Origin: Candidatus Multivoradales bacterium
Lineage (GTDB): Bacteria; Acidobacteriota; Thermoanaerobaculia; Multivoradales; JAHEKO01
Length of the DNA: 64,000 bases
Reading direction: 5' to 3'
NCBI GenBank assembly: GCA_965248055.1
Contig: CBDFIJ010000004.1
Span: 32,001 to 96,000, forward strand
Shown here: positions 26,769-36,784 of the stretch, piece after piece
Layout: each line of letters starts with the position of its first letter
How positions within the stretch are numbered: the first letter of the stretch is position 1
Translations under genes and position numbers: made by a program
The notes under the pieces: generated by a model
Seen by the model: only the letters and a program-made list of their open reading frames with translations
The model's database searches: none
What the model was told of the DNA's origin: nothing

Positions 26769-27069
26769 TTTGACCTCCTAGTGACGCGTTCGCGCCGGTT
26801 GAAAGGTCCGGGAGTGCCAATCCGTGTCAGGTTGAGGAAGCCGTTTCCGCACCCGGCTGCGGGCTACCTCGTAGTCCAGATGGTATCACAACGACGATCC
26901 CCGCCCCTCCCAACCAACTCACCAACCAAGCGCGTCCCGCATCGCCTCCAGTGTTCAATCAACAGGCTAGCAGGGTGTCTGTGGTGGTCGCTGTAAACTT
27001 GCTGTAATCGACCTCCGTTCAGAATGGACGCCTAAGCGACGATCTCAAACCGTCTATGGCAGGTCGTCC

Positions 27070-27420
27070 CTATTTCCATGGACGGCGCAGTTTTCCGATT
27101 CCGACAAAGCCAGCGATGGGGTCGTCGGGCGCGTCATCTTGTTGCTCCGACTGCGCGCGCTTCTTGTCCGAGTCGAAGACCCCGTCTGGAAGATCGAAGT
27201 AGTCGATGATTTGTTTCAAATAAACCTTTTTCACTTCACTTTTTTTGCCGTTTGGGAGCGGTACTGGGTAGGAAATGTCACCCTCCGTCGTATCGTAGCG
27301 AACGAGGCTCCAATGGGAACCACCACGCCTATGCGATTCGAAGTCAAAGACTCCATGGCCCTTTAGGGCCTTTAGGATTTTCTTGGCGGCAAGCTGTCTA
27401 GGAAGTCGCTGCTGCGCCAT
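27070..27420 (-). CDS. hicA: HicA-like mRNA interferase toxin
   Basis: RRGGSHWSL (GSH motif), PVP...SEVKKVYLKQII. Confidence 0.7.
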   Translation of the reverse strand: MAQQRLPRQLAAKKILKALKGHGVFDFESHRRGGSHWSLVRYDTTEGDISYPVPLPNGKKSEVKKVYLKQIIDYFDLPDGVFDSDKKRAQSEQQDDAPDDPIAGFVGIGKLRRPWK

Positions 27421-27769
27421 ACGAAGTTAAGCAGTCGACGGAGATGGACCTAATTGCCATCTCTTCCGAGGAATCGACAACCGTAGCCTTATGGGCCGCT
27501 TGGAGTTGCTGCAACACGCTCGCTTGCTTTACGGCTCTCCATTGCTCCCACCTCTCATTTGAAGCTTGACGCCAGATGGTGTCTAGGTTTCCCCTTGACT
27601 GAGCGAACGACAATTGAGATTCGATCGCTTCAATCAGTTCAACTGCAGCGGCATCGGCTGTGGTTCCAGTTCCGATTACGTTCAGCTCAAGCGCAAGCGC
27701 TACCCACATTCCGTCTTCTCGATAGAGAAGAACCTCGAAATCCAGTCCACTAGTTGTTTTGGGTGACAT
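27398..27769 (-). CDS. hicB: HicB-like antitoxin (RNase H-like fold)
   Basis: FEVLLYREDGMWVALALELNVIGTGTTADAAAVELIEAI; overlaps the hicA start. Confidence 0.75.
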   Translation of the reverse strand: MSPKTTSGLDFEVLLYREDGMWVALALELNVIGTGTTADAAAVELIEAIESQLSFAQSRGNLDTIWRQASNERWEQWRAVKQASVLQQLQAAHKATVVDSSEEMAIRSISVDCLTSYGAAATS

Positions 27770-28005
27770 ATTGCTTGCCCTTCTGCGCGCTACGATGGTA
27801 GCACCCTCTCATCCTCTAGCTCCCATGACTACGCAAGAACCCTACCAAAAGATGACACATTTTGTTGCATATTTGGCACACATGTTTCACCGAACGCCCA
27901 AAGAAAGCCTGCTACTGTCTACGTAATTGAGGTCAAATTTCAACTCACACTGAAACCCAAATAGGCACTGTTTCGCGGCCACCTTGGTGACCACACCAGC
28001 ATGGT

Positions 28006-28152
28006 TCACCACCCGTACTCATCCCGCCGGTCAATGTAAGGCCAATCCGTCTGATTCAGCTCTTCCTCTACCTCTTTGGCCTTATCGTCCGCCAACTCAC
28101 CCACTGCCTCGATCATCTCAACCCGCAACCGTCGCCACTCGATCTTGTCCAT
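28006..28152 (-). CDS. Small acidic hypothetical protein
   Basis: MDKIEWRRLRVEMIEAVGE...; co-oriented with the prophage remnant. Confidence 0.35.
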   Translation of the reverse strand: MDKIEWRRLRVEMIEAVGELADDKAKEVEEELNQTDWPYIDRRDEYGW

Positions 28153-28163
28153 CTCAGGGTGAC

Positions 28164-28408
28164 GGACTAGGCGAAATGTTTCCAAGGGGCAGCAGGCTAT
28201 GGCAGTAGCGAAGCTGTTCCCAGATGGAGGAAGGAGTATATCGAATATACCTGGAGCCGAAATTTCAAAGCAGTACATCAGTCAAGCCCGCACCGTTCTA
28301 CGTGAAGCGGTCGATCTAGCGGATGCTGTTTCTGTTGGTACTTCGACGCTAAGCTCAGCCTACAAAACGGTTCAAGACCGCAAGCGAGTGCTCCTTCAAC
28401 AACCGTAG
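28164..28408 (+). pseudogene. Fragment of a phage ParB-associated / HTH protein
   Basis: RRNVSKGQQAMAVAKLFP...ISKQYISQARTVLREAVDLADAVSVG...SAY resembles the C-terminal half of phage ParB-domain proteins; N-terminus absent. Confidence 0.5.
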
Positions 28409-28505
28409 TGGTTGCTCGGTCTCGGCATTTCACCGTCACCACTCCGTCGGACCGCCTACGACCAAGCAAGCGGCGGCAATCAGGACAACGGACATCTTCA
28501 ATCAT
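28278..28505 (-). CDS. Mu Com-like zinc-ribbon protein, possibly truncated
   Basis: MIEDVRCPDCRRLLG...VTVKCR. Confidence 0.6.
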   Translation of the reverse strand: MIEDVRCPDCRRLLGRRRSDGVVTVKCRDRATTTVVEGALACGLEPFCRLSLASKYQQKQHPLDRPLHVERCGLD

Positions 28506-28567
28506 CGCTAGTTGGCAGGTTGCACCGAGGTACTACGACGCCTGCCGTCGCCGGACGGAGGCACGCC

Positions 28568-29077
28568 TCAACTCTGGGCGAGCGAGCGCTCTGCCTTTTC
28601 TTCCTCTTTCTTGAGCTGACGCTCAGCCTCGGAAATCTGAGGTCCGAGGAAGCAAAGTGGCCTCGCTCGCGGCGCAACGGGGCCGAGTTCCGCCTCAAGC
28701 TCGGCTGGCATTCGTGGGGCGACCACCGAAGAGATGTGGCTTGGCCAACCCGATTCGATCCATTCCAAGGACAGCTCGATTCCGCTGTAGTCGTGGCCGG
28801 TTGCAGACGGTAGGCGCTTCGTCAGCACCTTTTTTGCGGCCAAAAGAGCGCTCTCCGTTTCGCGCAGGGGCACTAGCTCAAATTGAGCTCGTTCCAAGGC
28901 TTGGAGCGTACTCCCCACCGAGCCACTAACGGCCCGCAATAAGAAAAGCTCCTCTGTCAGCTCGCGGCGCTTTCTTGGGATCGGTTCGTCGTCGATCACA
29001 TCGGGCAAAGCGGCGATTCTTTCCCTGCTGCGGGTGTACAAAACACGCAGCTGTTCTGATAATGATCCGGCACTCAT
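28568..29077 (-). CDS. Hypothetical coiled-coil protein, prophage remnant
   Basis: 169 aa ORF translationally coupled to the upstream ORF. Confidence 0.55.
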   Translation of the reverse strand: MSAGSLSEQLRVLYTRSRERIAALPDVIDDEPIPRKRRELTEELFLLRAVSGSVGSTLQALERAQFELVPLRETESALLAAKKVLTKRLPSATGHDYSGIELSLEWIESGWPSHISSVVAPRMPAELEAELGPVAPRARPLCFLGPQISEAERQLKKEEEKAERSLAQS

Positions 29078-29421
29078 GCGAATAACCCATAGGTGTCTGG
29101 GGCTTGCCCTGGAGCCGTTCTTGCCTTTTTGCCCAGCTGTTTCTTCTCGTCGGTTTTTCCGTGCAAGTTGTAAGTGTCTAGCGACGGGGCAACCTCAGCC
29201 TTTGCTGCAGTGGTAGTCCGCTGCTTGCCGATGCAGGTCGGCCCGACGTTTAAGCCCCACGGGTCTAACGGCGCGACTGCCGGTCGCAAGGCCCGTGACT
29301 GCTTTGCATCGGACCGCCCCAAGGCGGCCAGCAGACTAAGGAACAGCGTTTGTTCGCGCTCCAATACTTTGATTCGCGCCGCGTGTGGGCACGGTGATTT
29401 TGAATGTTCACTTCTTGGCAT
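29074..29421 (-). CDS. Hypothetical protein, prophage remnant
   Basis: 115 aa ORF with GGAGG RBS; stop overlaps the next start. Confidence 0.5.
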   Translation of the reverse strand: MPRSEHSKSPCPHAARIKVLEREQTLFLSLLAALGRSDAKQSRALRPAVAPLDPWGLNVGPTCIGKQRTTTAAKAEVAPSLDTYNLHGKTDEKKQLGKKARTAPGQAPDTYGLFA

Positions 29422-29450
29422 CTGATATTCCTCCGTCGATTTCTGTTGGC

Positions 29451-29832
29451 TCAGTGAGGTAAATAATCCCCACCAAGATTGTCAATAATTTGACTTGCGA
29501 AAGCTCGTCGCGATCGCATGATTTCGCTTTGTCGTTCTGGACTGAGACCAGGATTTTCCATCCGGACTGGCGGACTAAGGTTGCTACTACCCCAAGTTCC
29601 TGCAATTCGTTCAGGCTCCCGCCCGGCAAGCGTCAGCGCGCCAGCCATTGCCACCGCGCGGTCATCGTGGCCACCTGGCCGGTGATCGACCCGATCTCGT
29701 CCCTGACTTCCGCGCCTTCGCTCCAAGCCCCGAAGCTCTCGCAGGAGTGCTGCGTGGTCCAGGATCAAAGCTGCACCAGCGTTCACAAGCGGCAACAATT
29801 CCAAGTACGTTGCGCTAGTCGTGAGCTTTGCA
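29451..29832 (-). pseudogene. Phage terminase large subunit C-terminal fragment, cut by IS3
   Basis: LLRELRGLERRRGSQGRDRVDHRPGGHDDRAVAMAGAL (nuclease-domain HDD motif); the 5' part is replaced by the IS end at 29833. Confidence 0.7.
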
Positions 29833-30216
29833 CGGAACCTGTCAACAACTTTGAGACAGTTGGCAGAATTAATTAGTGAATCGGGACAACCTCCTTGGTG
29901 CGCTGATGTTTGGGTGGGTTGATCCAGACGGCCCTCGGTAATAGCTGAATGGTCGGTTTTCCTCGGACAAAACGCTGCGGGTTGTTTCGCCAGGCTTCAT
30001 CGAGGGCCAGTTGACGGATCTTGAGCTTGTGGTCGGCCTTGCCGTAGTGGACATCTTCGGGTGTCAGCATGGCGATGCCGGCGTGACGGTGCTGGGTGTT
30101 GTACCAGATAAAGAACGACCTGCAGAAGGCGATAGCGTCCTCGATCGAGCCAAACCGATCGGGAAAGCTCGGGTGATACTTGAGGGTCTTGAATTGGGCT
30201 TCGGAGAAGGGATTAT

Positions 30217-31585
30217 GAGTTATTGTCAAAAGTTGTGTATTGAGCCATCAGGCGGCGATCTGTTTTTGTTTTTCTCCGTCCACGAACTGGAGACCTTCAA
30301 CGACTTCGGCAATGCGCCTGTAGCCCTGTAGCCTCCGCCATCGTTTTTCTGCGCTTTGGCACAGCTTGAAGACCATCGAGAGCATGGTTTCTCGCGACAG
30401 ACAGCCCCGGGTTTTGGAGGTTCTCAAGCGTACGGTAGCAAAAGTTGATTCGATTGGGTTGGTGGTCCTCAAATGCACCCAGTGCTCAGCCGGGAAATCG
30501 TAGAAAGCGAGTAGCTGGACGCGATCTTTGACCAAGCACTGGACTGCTTTCGGATATTTAGCTTGGTAGATTGCCTGGAATGCATCAAAAGCCCTCTCGG
30601 CATCGTGACGTGTCTGCGCCATCCAGATTTGGTGGATTGCCTGCTTGGCCTTGGGCTGGATCGCCTTGGGGAGCTTATTCAAGACGTTGGCCGTCTTGTG
30701 GACCCAGCAGCGCTGGGTCTTGGTATTTCCCCACACCTGAGCCAGAGCCTTCCAGAAACCCAGATTGCCGTCACCGATTGCGATCTTAGGCTCGAATGTA
30801 AGGCCTCTTGCTTCCAGGCCTCGCAACAGCTCCAGCCATGACGCCTCACTCTCCCGGTAACCGTCTTCAACAGCGATCAGTTCTTTGTTGCCGTCCGCAG
30901 TGGCACCAATTAACACCAGCAAGCAGAGCTTGGCGTTATCCAGGCGAGCCTTGCAGTAAATGCCGTCAGCCCATACATAGACGTAGCGCTTGGACGAAAG
31001 ATCGCGCTGCCGCCATTCGCTGTACTCCTGGCCCCAGACGCGTTTGAGGCGGCTCACCGTCGAAGACGAAAGACCTGGCGCTTCAGGGCCCACCAAAGCT
31101 TCCAGAGCTCGTGAGAAGTCCCCGGTAGAAATCCCCCGTAAGTATAGCCAGGGCAAGAGATCCGCGATGCTCTTGGACCGGCGCAGATACGGTGGCACTA
31201 GATTGGAGCGAAAATGAAGCTCACCCTGGCGATCCCGCACCCGTGGCACTTTGACCGAAATGCCGCCGATTCCGGTCTGGATCTCCCGCTCTGGCATGTA
31301 GCCGTTTCTCACCAACCGCCGGTGACCGACCGCCGTACGTTGATCTTGGTACTCAACCAAAAAACTCTCCACCTCTGCCTCGATTGCTTCGCAAAGAAGC
31401 AACCGTGAACCTCGGCGCAAGACCTCGGTCAGAGCGTCCTCAGGACGCTCTACTTGATCGATTGAAACTACATTACTCTTGCTCAACGGCGTGTCCTCCT
31501 TTTGGGATGATTGAACCCAGCTTTGAAAACCGGGCTCAGGATACGCCGCCTTCAAACTCTCATACACAACTTTCGGTTATATCTC
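30217..31585 (-). mobile_element. IS256-family element, intact
   Basis: Terminal IRs GAGTTATTGTCAAAAGTTGTGTAT / GAGATATAACCGAAAGTTGTGTAT; 9-bp TSD AGGGATTAT at 30208-30216 and 31586-31594. Confidence 0.95.
30248..31567 (-). CDS. IS256-family transposase
   Basis: RNGY, YVWADG, IGDG, QRCWVHK, RTTNPIES; true start may lie downstream. Confidence 0.95.
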   Translation of the reverse strand: MYESLKAAYPEPGFQSWVQSSQKEDTPLSKSNVVSIDQVERPEDALTEVLRRGSRLLLCEAIEAEVESFLVEYQDQRTAVGHRRLVRNGYMPEREIQTGIGGISVKVPRVRDRQGELHFRSNLVPPYLRRSKSIADLLPWLYLRGISTGDFSRALEALVGPEAPGLSSSTVSRLKRVWGQEYSEWRQRDLSSKRYVYVWADGIYCKARLDNAKLCLLVLIGATADGNKELIAVEDGYRESEASWLELLRGLEARGLTFEPKIAIGDGNLGFWKALAQVWGNTKTQRCWVHKTANVLNKLPKAIQPKAKQAIHQIWMAQTRHDAERAFDAFQAIYQAKYPKAVQCLVKDRVQLLAFYDFPAEHWVHLRTTNPIESTFATVRLRTSKTRGCLSRETMLSMVFKLCQSAEKRWRRLQGYRRIAEVVEGLQFVDGEKQKQIAA

Positions 31586-32808
31586 AGGGATTATCGTTGG
31601 AGATGCGAGGCCGCGAGAATGACTGAGAGATACCAAGCCTTACGAGGAGTCGTCCGGTGTCCTTGGCGGTCATCGGCGAGCCCCGATCACTGTGTAGGGT
31701 TAGCTGATTCTTGGGAATGCCTTGCTTGGTTGAGGTCTCCTCGAGAAGCCTTTGGGCTAAGGCCTCGCGTTCGTGCTCGGCGAGCATCCAGCCGACCACA
31801 TAGCGGCTGAAGATATCGAGGACAACGTAGAGATAGAACCACCATCCCGGCTGAGGCCCTCTCAGCCGGGTGATATCCCAGCTCCAGACTTGGTTTGCCG
31901 CTGTGGCGAGTAGCTCTGGCTTGGTATAGACCGGATGGCGGCGTTGGCGCCGTCTCTCTTGCAGCGTCTTCTCAGCTGCCAGGAGTCGGTACATGGTGCG
32001 CTCTGAGCACAGATAGCGTTCTTCGTCGAGAAGGGTGGCCACCACGGCCGCCGGTGCAGCGTCGACAAAGCGCGGCCCGTTGAGTAGGTCAAGGACCTGT
32101 TGTTTTTCGCTGACTGTCAGTGCCCGAGCTGGAGTCGGTCGAGGCTGCTGAGGCTCGGTTGATCTCGGCCGAAGCCGACGATAGAACGTTGCACGACTGA
32201 CGCTCAGGCTCCGGCAGGCCGGTGCGATACCGACCCACGGAGCCAGCGTCCTGGCCGCTTTCACGAGTTCTTCTCGCCCTCTGAGGGGATACCCAGCAGC
32301 CCGGCTACTTTTCTTTGCACATCGATGATTAGCTGTGCCCTGTGCAATTCGTTCTCAAGCCGAGTCTTCTCCCGCTCTAGTCGAGCAACCTTGCTTTCTA
32401 ACGGGTGCCTTTTGGGTTTGCGTCCACGGCTTTTGCCGAGCGCGGCAAGCGATCCCCGTCGCCGAGCTAGGCGCCAGTTAGATAGATGAGATGAGTAGAG
32501 ACCCTCCCCGGCGCAACAGGGACCCGACCTCCTCTCGGCTGGAGCAAGCGTCGGCCTGCTCCAAGATCGCCAGCTTGTACTTTGCTGTAAACCGCCGTCT
32601 GGCGGGTCGAGCCTCGATCTCAGGGTCGGGTACCGATTCGGGGGTCGAGGACAACTGCGCCGTCTCCCCTCCGGCTCCCTCGTCGCTACGCTCCTCGGTC
32701 GCCTTCGGCGAGACGGGCAATATGGGCTGATTCTGAAACATACTGAAACCTCCTTCCGCCCTCTAATTATCAGGGGGCCAAGTGTCTCAGCTACGTTGGC
32801 AGATAGGG

Positions 32809-33523
32809 GGTGCTGGCTGCTCTGGGGGTAAGAAAAGATGGCACCAAAGTCCTGGTAGCTCTACGGTTAGCAGCCAGTGAGGCAGGCAGTCACTGGAAGT
32901 GGTTGATTGAAGATCTTAAACGCAGGGGCTTGAAAGCACCGCATCTCTTGGTCTCAGACGGCCACAAGGGTTTGGCGGTGGGAGTCAGGGCTTGGCCAGA
33001 GGCCAAAGTCCAGCGTTGTATCCAGCACAAGTGGGAAAACCTGAAGAAGCACTGCCCTAAGCATGCTCATGGTGAGCTCAAGCGAGACTGGGATCAAGTG
33101 GTGCGAGCCCAAGATGCCCTGGAGGCCCGAGAGAGCTATTCAATCTTTGTTGCCAAGTGGTCCAAGCTGGTGCCCGCAGTAGCCAGGAGTCTTCAAGAGG
33201 CTGGGATGGAACTGATCACTTTCTACGATCTACCGAGATCGTTGTGGCGATCCACAAGGACCACCAACGCGCTGGAGAATCTCAACCGTGAGTTTCGGCG
33301 CCGTACCAAGACCCAAGGCTCATTCTCGACTGAGGCAGCGGGTGTTACCTTGCTCTGGGGACTCGTCGCTTTCGGTCAGATCAGGATGCACCGCATCAAC
33401 GGCTACCAAGACTTGCACCGGATGCTTGACCGTCAAGCAGCCGCGTAGCACTAGAATCAACTAAACCTGACCGCGGGAGACGCTACGCCAAATACCAATT
33501 TCCACAAGATTCGGGACACATCC
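32809..33523 (+). mobile_element. IS256-family element, 5'-truncated
   Basis: ORF 32810-33448 with VSDGHKG, QRCIQHK, RTTNALENLNREFRRR; right end ...TTCCACAAGATTCGGGACACATCC. Confidence 0.85.
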
Positions 33524-34158
33524 GGGCTGCCGAAGCGTTTTGGTAATTGGCATACCGTCTATACGCGTATGAACCGTTGGGCAAAGAAAGGCGTGCTGGA
33601 TCGAGTGTTTAGTGAACTGCAACGCCAGCAAGTCATTCAGGTCCGTGTTGAGGCGGTTTCACTCGATAGCACAGCGGTTAAGGTACACCCTGATGGAACG
33701 GGCGCTCTAAAAAAAACGGTCCACAGGCGATCGGCAAGTCGCGGGGAGGATGGACTACAAAGATTCATATGGTTGCCGCAGATGCTCGGACCGCAGTGAA
33801 TTTTTCTCTGTCTCCTGGCAATGCTGCTGACGCGCCAGAGGGGCGTAAACTATTGAGAGAAACAACCCTATCGGCCAAATACATGATTATGGACCGAGCG
33901 TATGAAGGTAATGAAACACGCCAACTCGTGCTCGATCTTGGTCTTACACCTGTTGTGGCGCCGAAAAGCAATCGATTACAACCTTGGCTATACGACCGAG
34001 AAATGTACAAGAAGCGCAATGAAGTCGAGCGCTTGTTTCGTCGCTTGAAGGGGTTTCGTCGGATATTCTCACGCTTCGACAAATTGGACATAATCTTCAC
34101 ATTCTTTATACACTTCGCACTCATTGTCGATGCTATATCTAGTGTTAACACGCCCTAG
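33524..34158 (+). mobile_element. IS5-family (IS427-like) element, 5'-truncated, two-ORF frameshift type
   Basis: LPKRFGNWHTVY, SLDST, A-run slippery site near 33710, MDRAYE, YKKRNEVERLF; ends GTTAACACGCCCTAG. Confidence 0.88.
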
Positions 34159-34301
34159 TACTGTTTGCCTCCGTTCTTTCTCTGGGAGTGTTTGTCTTGT
34201 CCAGGGGGTTTGGGCCGAGAATAAGGTGGCCCTTGCAGATTGCTGTGATTGTCCTATTGGCTCCTTTCTTGTGGACTATTGCAGCCGTGCTGACTGAATA
34301 A
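34158..34301 (+). pseudogene. 3' remnant of a membrane-protein gene cut by IS5
   Basis: Open hydrophobic frame VLFASVLSLGVFVL...LQIAVIVLLAPFLWTIAAVLTE* begins at the CTAG IS end. Confidence 0.5.
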
Positions 34302-34330
34302 GAAATGGATTGGATTGGTGGTGGTGGTGG

Positions 34331-34500
34331 GGTGACAGGCGATTATTGAGAGAATCTAGAATTCCTTGATTGGGCTGATCACGGATATATTGAACACGTC
34401 AAGTTCGTGATCTCATTGACGCCGAAACGGAACTTTCACTCAGCGGTTTAGCTCTTGGACGAGGAGAAGCTCGGGCTGGATATACCAATCTCTAAGCGCC
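34331..34500. repeat. Direct repeat C, copy 1 (duplicate of the region downstream of the gspB-like gene)
   Basis: CAGGCGATTATTGA...GATCACGGATATATTGAACACGTCAAGTTCGTGATCTCATT...GAGGAGA shared with 36785-36957. Confidence 0.9.
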
Positions 34501-34671
34501 GACAAAACCCAAACGGAACGGAGTCAACTAATCAGGAACGAATGGTCTGGGCGGTGGAAACTGGTACCGCCGACTTCGCGTTTGAAGAAGGCCTTGCTGA
34601 TACTCTGGAATGGGTTCGGGAACTTGTTGGACTAGGGATCTCCCGATTTTCCCCTTGTGACGGCGGACTCG

Positions 34672-35190
34672 ATGACGAAGAGAGGCAATCTCCTGAAAGT
34701 CTTGTGGCACCCTCTAACGCGCCCTTATGGGGGCGTCGAGAAGGTCGTTGAGCGCACGCTTGTGGCGCTGCCGAAAAAGTACACACGGGGTCTTGGGAGT
34801 GTCATTTTGCGAGATGTGCCATCCCTATCAAGAAAGGAGCGGGCCCGTTACCGCGTGCATGGACGGATGCACCTGCGAGAAAACACTCTTGGATCGTATT
34901 TTGCTCCGCGACACCACAAACTCGCTCACATTGAAATACTTGTAGACAATCTGTTCGCCTCATACCCTCGATTGCTCTATTGGACCAGAGTACTCCGCCC
35001 GCTAATGATTCGAGATACGCTATTTCACGAGATCGGCCACCATGTGGCACTACTTAACGGCCGTGCCGAGGGAGGTTCTGAGGCAGATGCCGAGAAATAC
35101 AAAAACGAGCTCGAAAAAGCCTACTATCGCGCTCGGTTTCCACGGTTCAAGTCGTTCCTTGCTCTAATTCGTCGAATGCTCCAAAAATGA
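34672..35190 (+). CDS. Zincin-like metalloprotein
   Basis: TLFHEIGHH (HExxH) with a downstream E-x-x-A (EADAE). Confidence 0.65.
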   Translation: MTKRGNLLKVLWHPLTRPYGGVEKVVERTLVALPKKYTRGLGSVILRDVPSLSRKERARYRVHGRMHLRENTLGSYFAPRHHKLAHIEILVDNLFASYPRLLYWTRVLRPLMIRDTLFHEIGHHVALLNGRAEGGSEADAEKYKNELEKAYYRARFPRFKSFLALIRRMLQK

Positions 35191-35279
35191 GTTCCTCAAT
35201 AAGGTGCTCACGTGATTTTCTGGAGAAGTCAAGGCCTGTGGCGAGGTCAAGAATCAGGCCACTCGTTGCGAGCTGGCTT

Positions 35280-36531
35280 TGACCTAGATCAAACACCTGT
35301 GAGACAGAGTCGTTAGTCGCCGAGGCTGTGGGGGATGTGGGAATCTCGTGAGAGATTTCCAAGGGCTGTGGGAAGGCAAGCGTAGCTGGCTTTGCACCAG
35401 CCCATCATCATCCACAGCCTTGACAAGTAAAAAGGGGGCCAAGATCCTTCGGGTCTATCGAATAACCCAAAACGAAGGGAGGCCCCCAGATGCAAATCGT
35501 CGCACTCGATCGCAGTATCTACAAGTACTACCGTGAAGACATCGTTGTCTTAAGCTCTCAGGCTCGTGATCGGCTGCGCTTGGTTGCGAGCTTCGAGCAA
35601 CTACGCGACAAGGGGATCTCGGGTGAAGAAGCAGCTCAGATCTTGGGCAAGAGTCGAGCTACCCTTTACCGCTGGCGCAAACGCCTTGAGCGTGGCCCCC
35701 GACATCTAGAACCGATATCAAGCCGACCCAAGCGGGTGCGTAAGGCTGACTGGTCACCTGAATTGGTACAGAGAGTCGAAAGTCTCCGTCGAGACTTTCC
35801 TGCCTGGGGCAAGGAAACCCTAGCGCCGCTGATCCAGGGCGAGGGCTTTGAGGTATCAGAAGCCACTGTCGGGCGTATCTTGCGCAAATTGATGGATCGA
35901 GGGGTAATCCACCGGGTACGCTACCGGCGCCAGAAGTACAAAAACTCCCGGCGTATGCGCCGGCTCCACGCTCAGCGACTGCCGAAATGGTGTCCCCGAC
36001 CAACGCGCCCTGGCGAGCGACTGCAGATCGACACGCTGCATCTGGTCCCTGCTCCAGGCAAGTGGCTCAAACACTTTTCAGCCTCCTGTCCGGTCAGCCG
36101 GTGGACAGTGGGAGAGATCTATCAACGTGCCACTTCTCGCTGTGCAGCACGCTTTCTAGACAAAGTCATTGCCGAGTGTCCGTTTGACATCACCTCGATC
36201 CAAGTGGACGGTGGTAGTGAATTTATGGATGAATTTGAGAAAGCCTGCCGAGATAGAGGCATCACCCTCTATGTGCTGCCGCCAAAGAGTCCGAAGCTCA
36301 ACGGCACCGTCGAACGAATGCAGGAAACCTGGAGAGGAGAGTTTTATGAAATGTATGAGCTACCCGATACTGTCTCGGCTTTGAGACCTTACATCCAGAG
36401 ATTCCAGGACCTCTACAACACCTACAGGCCGCACAAGAGCTTGAAAAGAAAACCCCCGGCAAGGTACCTTCTAAAGCTCGACCCAGGGGTCGTGCTCCCG
36501 CCGACTGTCTCAAAGGTACTGATCTAGGACA
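35280..36531 (+). mobile_element. IS481-family element
   Basis: Terminal IRs TGACCTAGATCAAACACCTGTGAGACA / TGTCCTAGATCAGTACCTTTGAGACA; single transposase ORF. Confidence 0.88.
35490..36527 (+). CDS. IS481-family transposase (HTH + rve)
   Basis: SRATLYRW, PGERLQID, IQVDGGSEF, NGTVER, YNTYRPH. Confidence 0.92.
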   Translation: MQIVALDRSIYKYYREDIVVLSSQARDRLRLVASFEQLRDKGISGEEAAQILGKSRATLYRWRKRLERGPRHLEPISSRPKRVRKADWSPELVQRVESLRRDFPAWGKETLAPLIQGEGFEVSEATVGRILRKLMDRGVIHRVRYRRQKYKNSRRMRRLHAQRLPKWCPRPTRPGERLQIDTLHLVPAPGKWLKHFSASCPVSRWTVGEIYQRATSRCAARFLDKVIAECPFDITSIQVDGGSEFMDEFEKACRDRGITLYVLPPKSPKLNGTVERMQETWRGEFYEMYELPDTVSALRPYIQRFQDLYNTYRPHKSLKRKPPARYLLKLDPGVVLPPTVSKVLI

Positions 36532-36535
36532 GCTT

Positions 36536-36587
36536 CCCTATCTGCCAACGTAGCTGAGACACTTGGCCCCCTGATAATTAGAGGGCG
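36536..36587 (+). mobile_element. Isolated 52-bp left end of the same IS3 element, inverted
   Basis: Exact reverse complement of 32757-32808. Confidence 0.88.
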
Positions 36588-36784
36588 CTACAGCCGACAA
36601 GAGTTAGTGGTTCGTTTCCAAACGAAGTCTTCAGTTGAGGCAGGAGGCGGTCCAGTGGCTTCGAAGACCAATACAGTCGAGCTGGTCTTGTCGGATTCTA
36701 AGAAATAGATTGCCGTCGGCCAGAGGTGACTGAGGTCCCAGATGAGATGAGTCGGGTCTCCGAGCCACATAAATCCCTGACTGA

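Larger units (their letters stand above)
29833..32808 (-). mobile_element. IS3-family element interrupted by IS256
   Basis: Subterminal IRs TGTCAACAACTTTGAGACA / TGCCAACGTAGCTGAGACA; orfA (about 32741-32261) has a +1 frameshift; orfB DDE (WSWDIT, LHSDRGS, DNP|FSEAQFKTLKY) is split at 31585/30217. Confidence 0.88.

Noticed and set aside
32478-32520. Programmed frameshift in IS3 orfA
   Set aside because: An extra G in CCGGGGAGG breaks the conserved RREGLYSS motif mid-gene; more likely a mutation or sequencing error.
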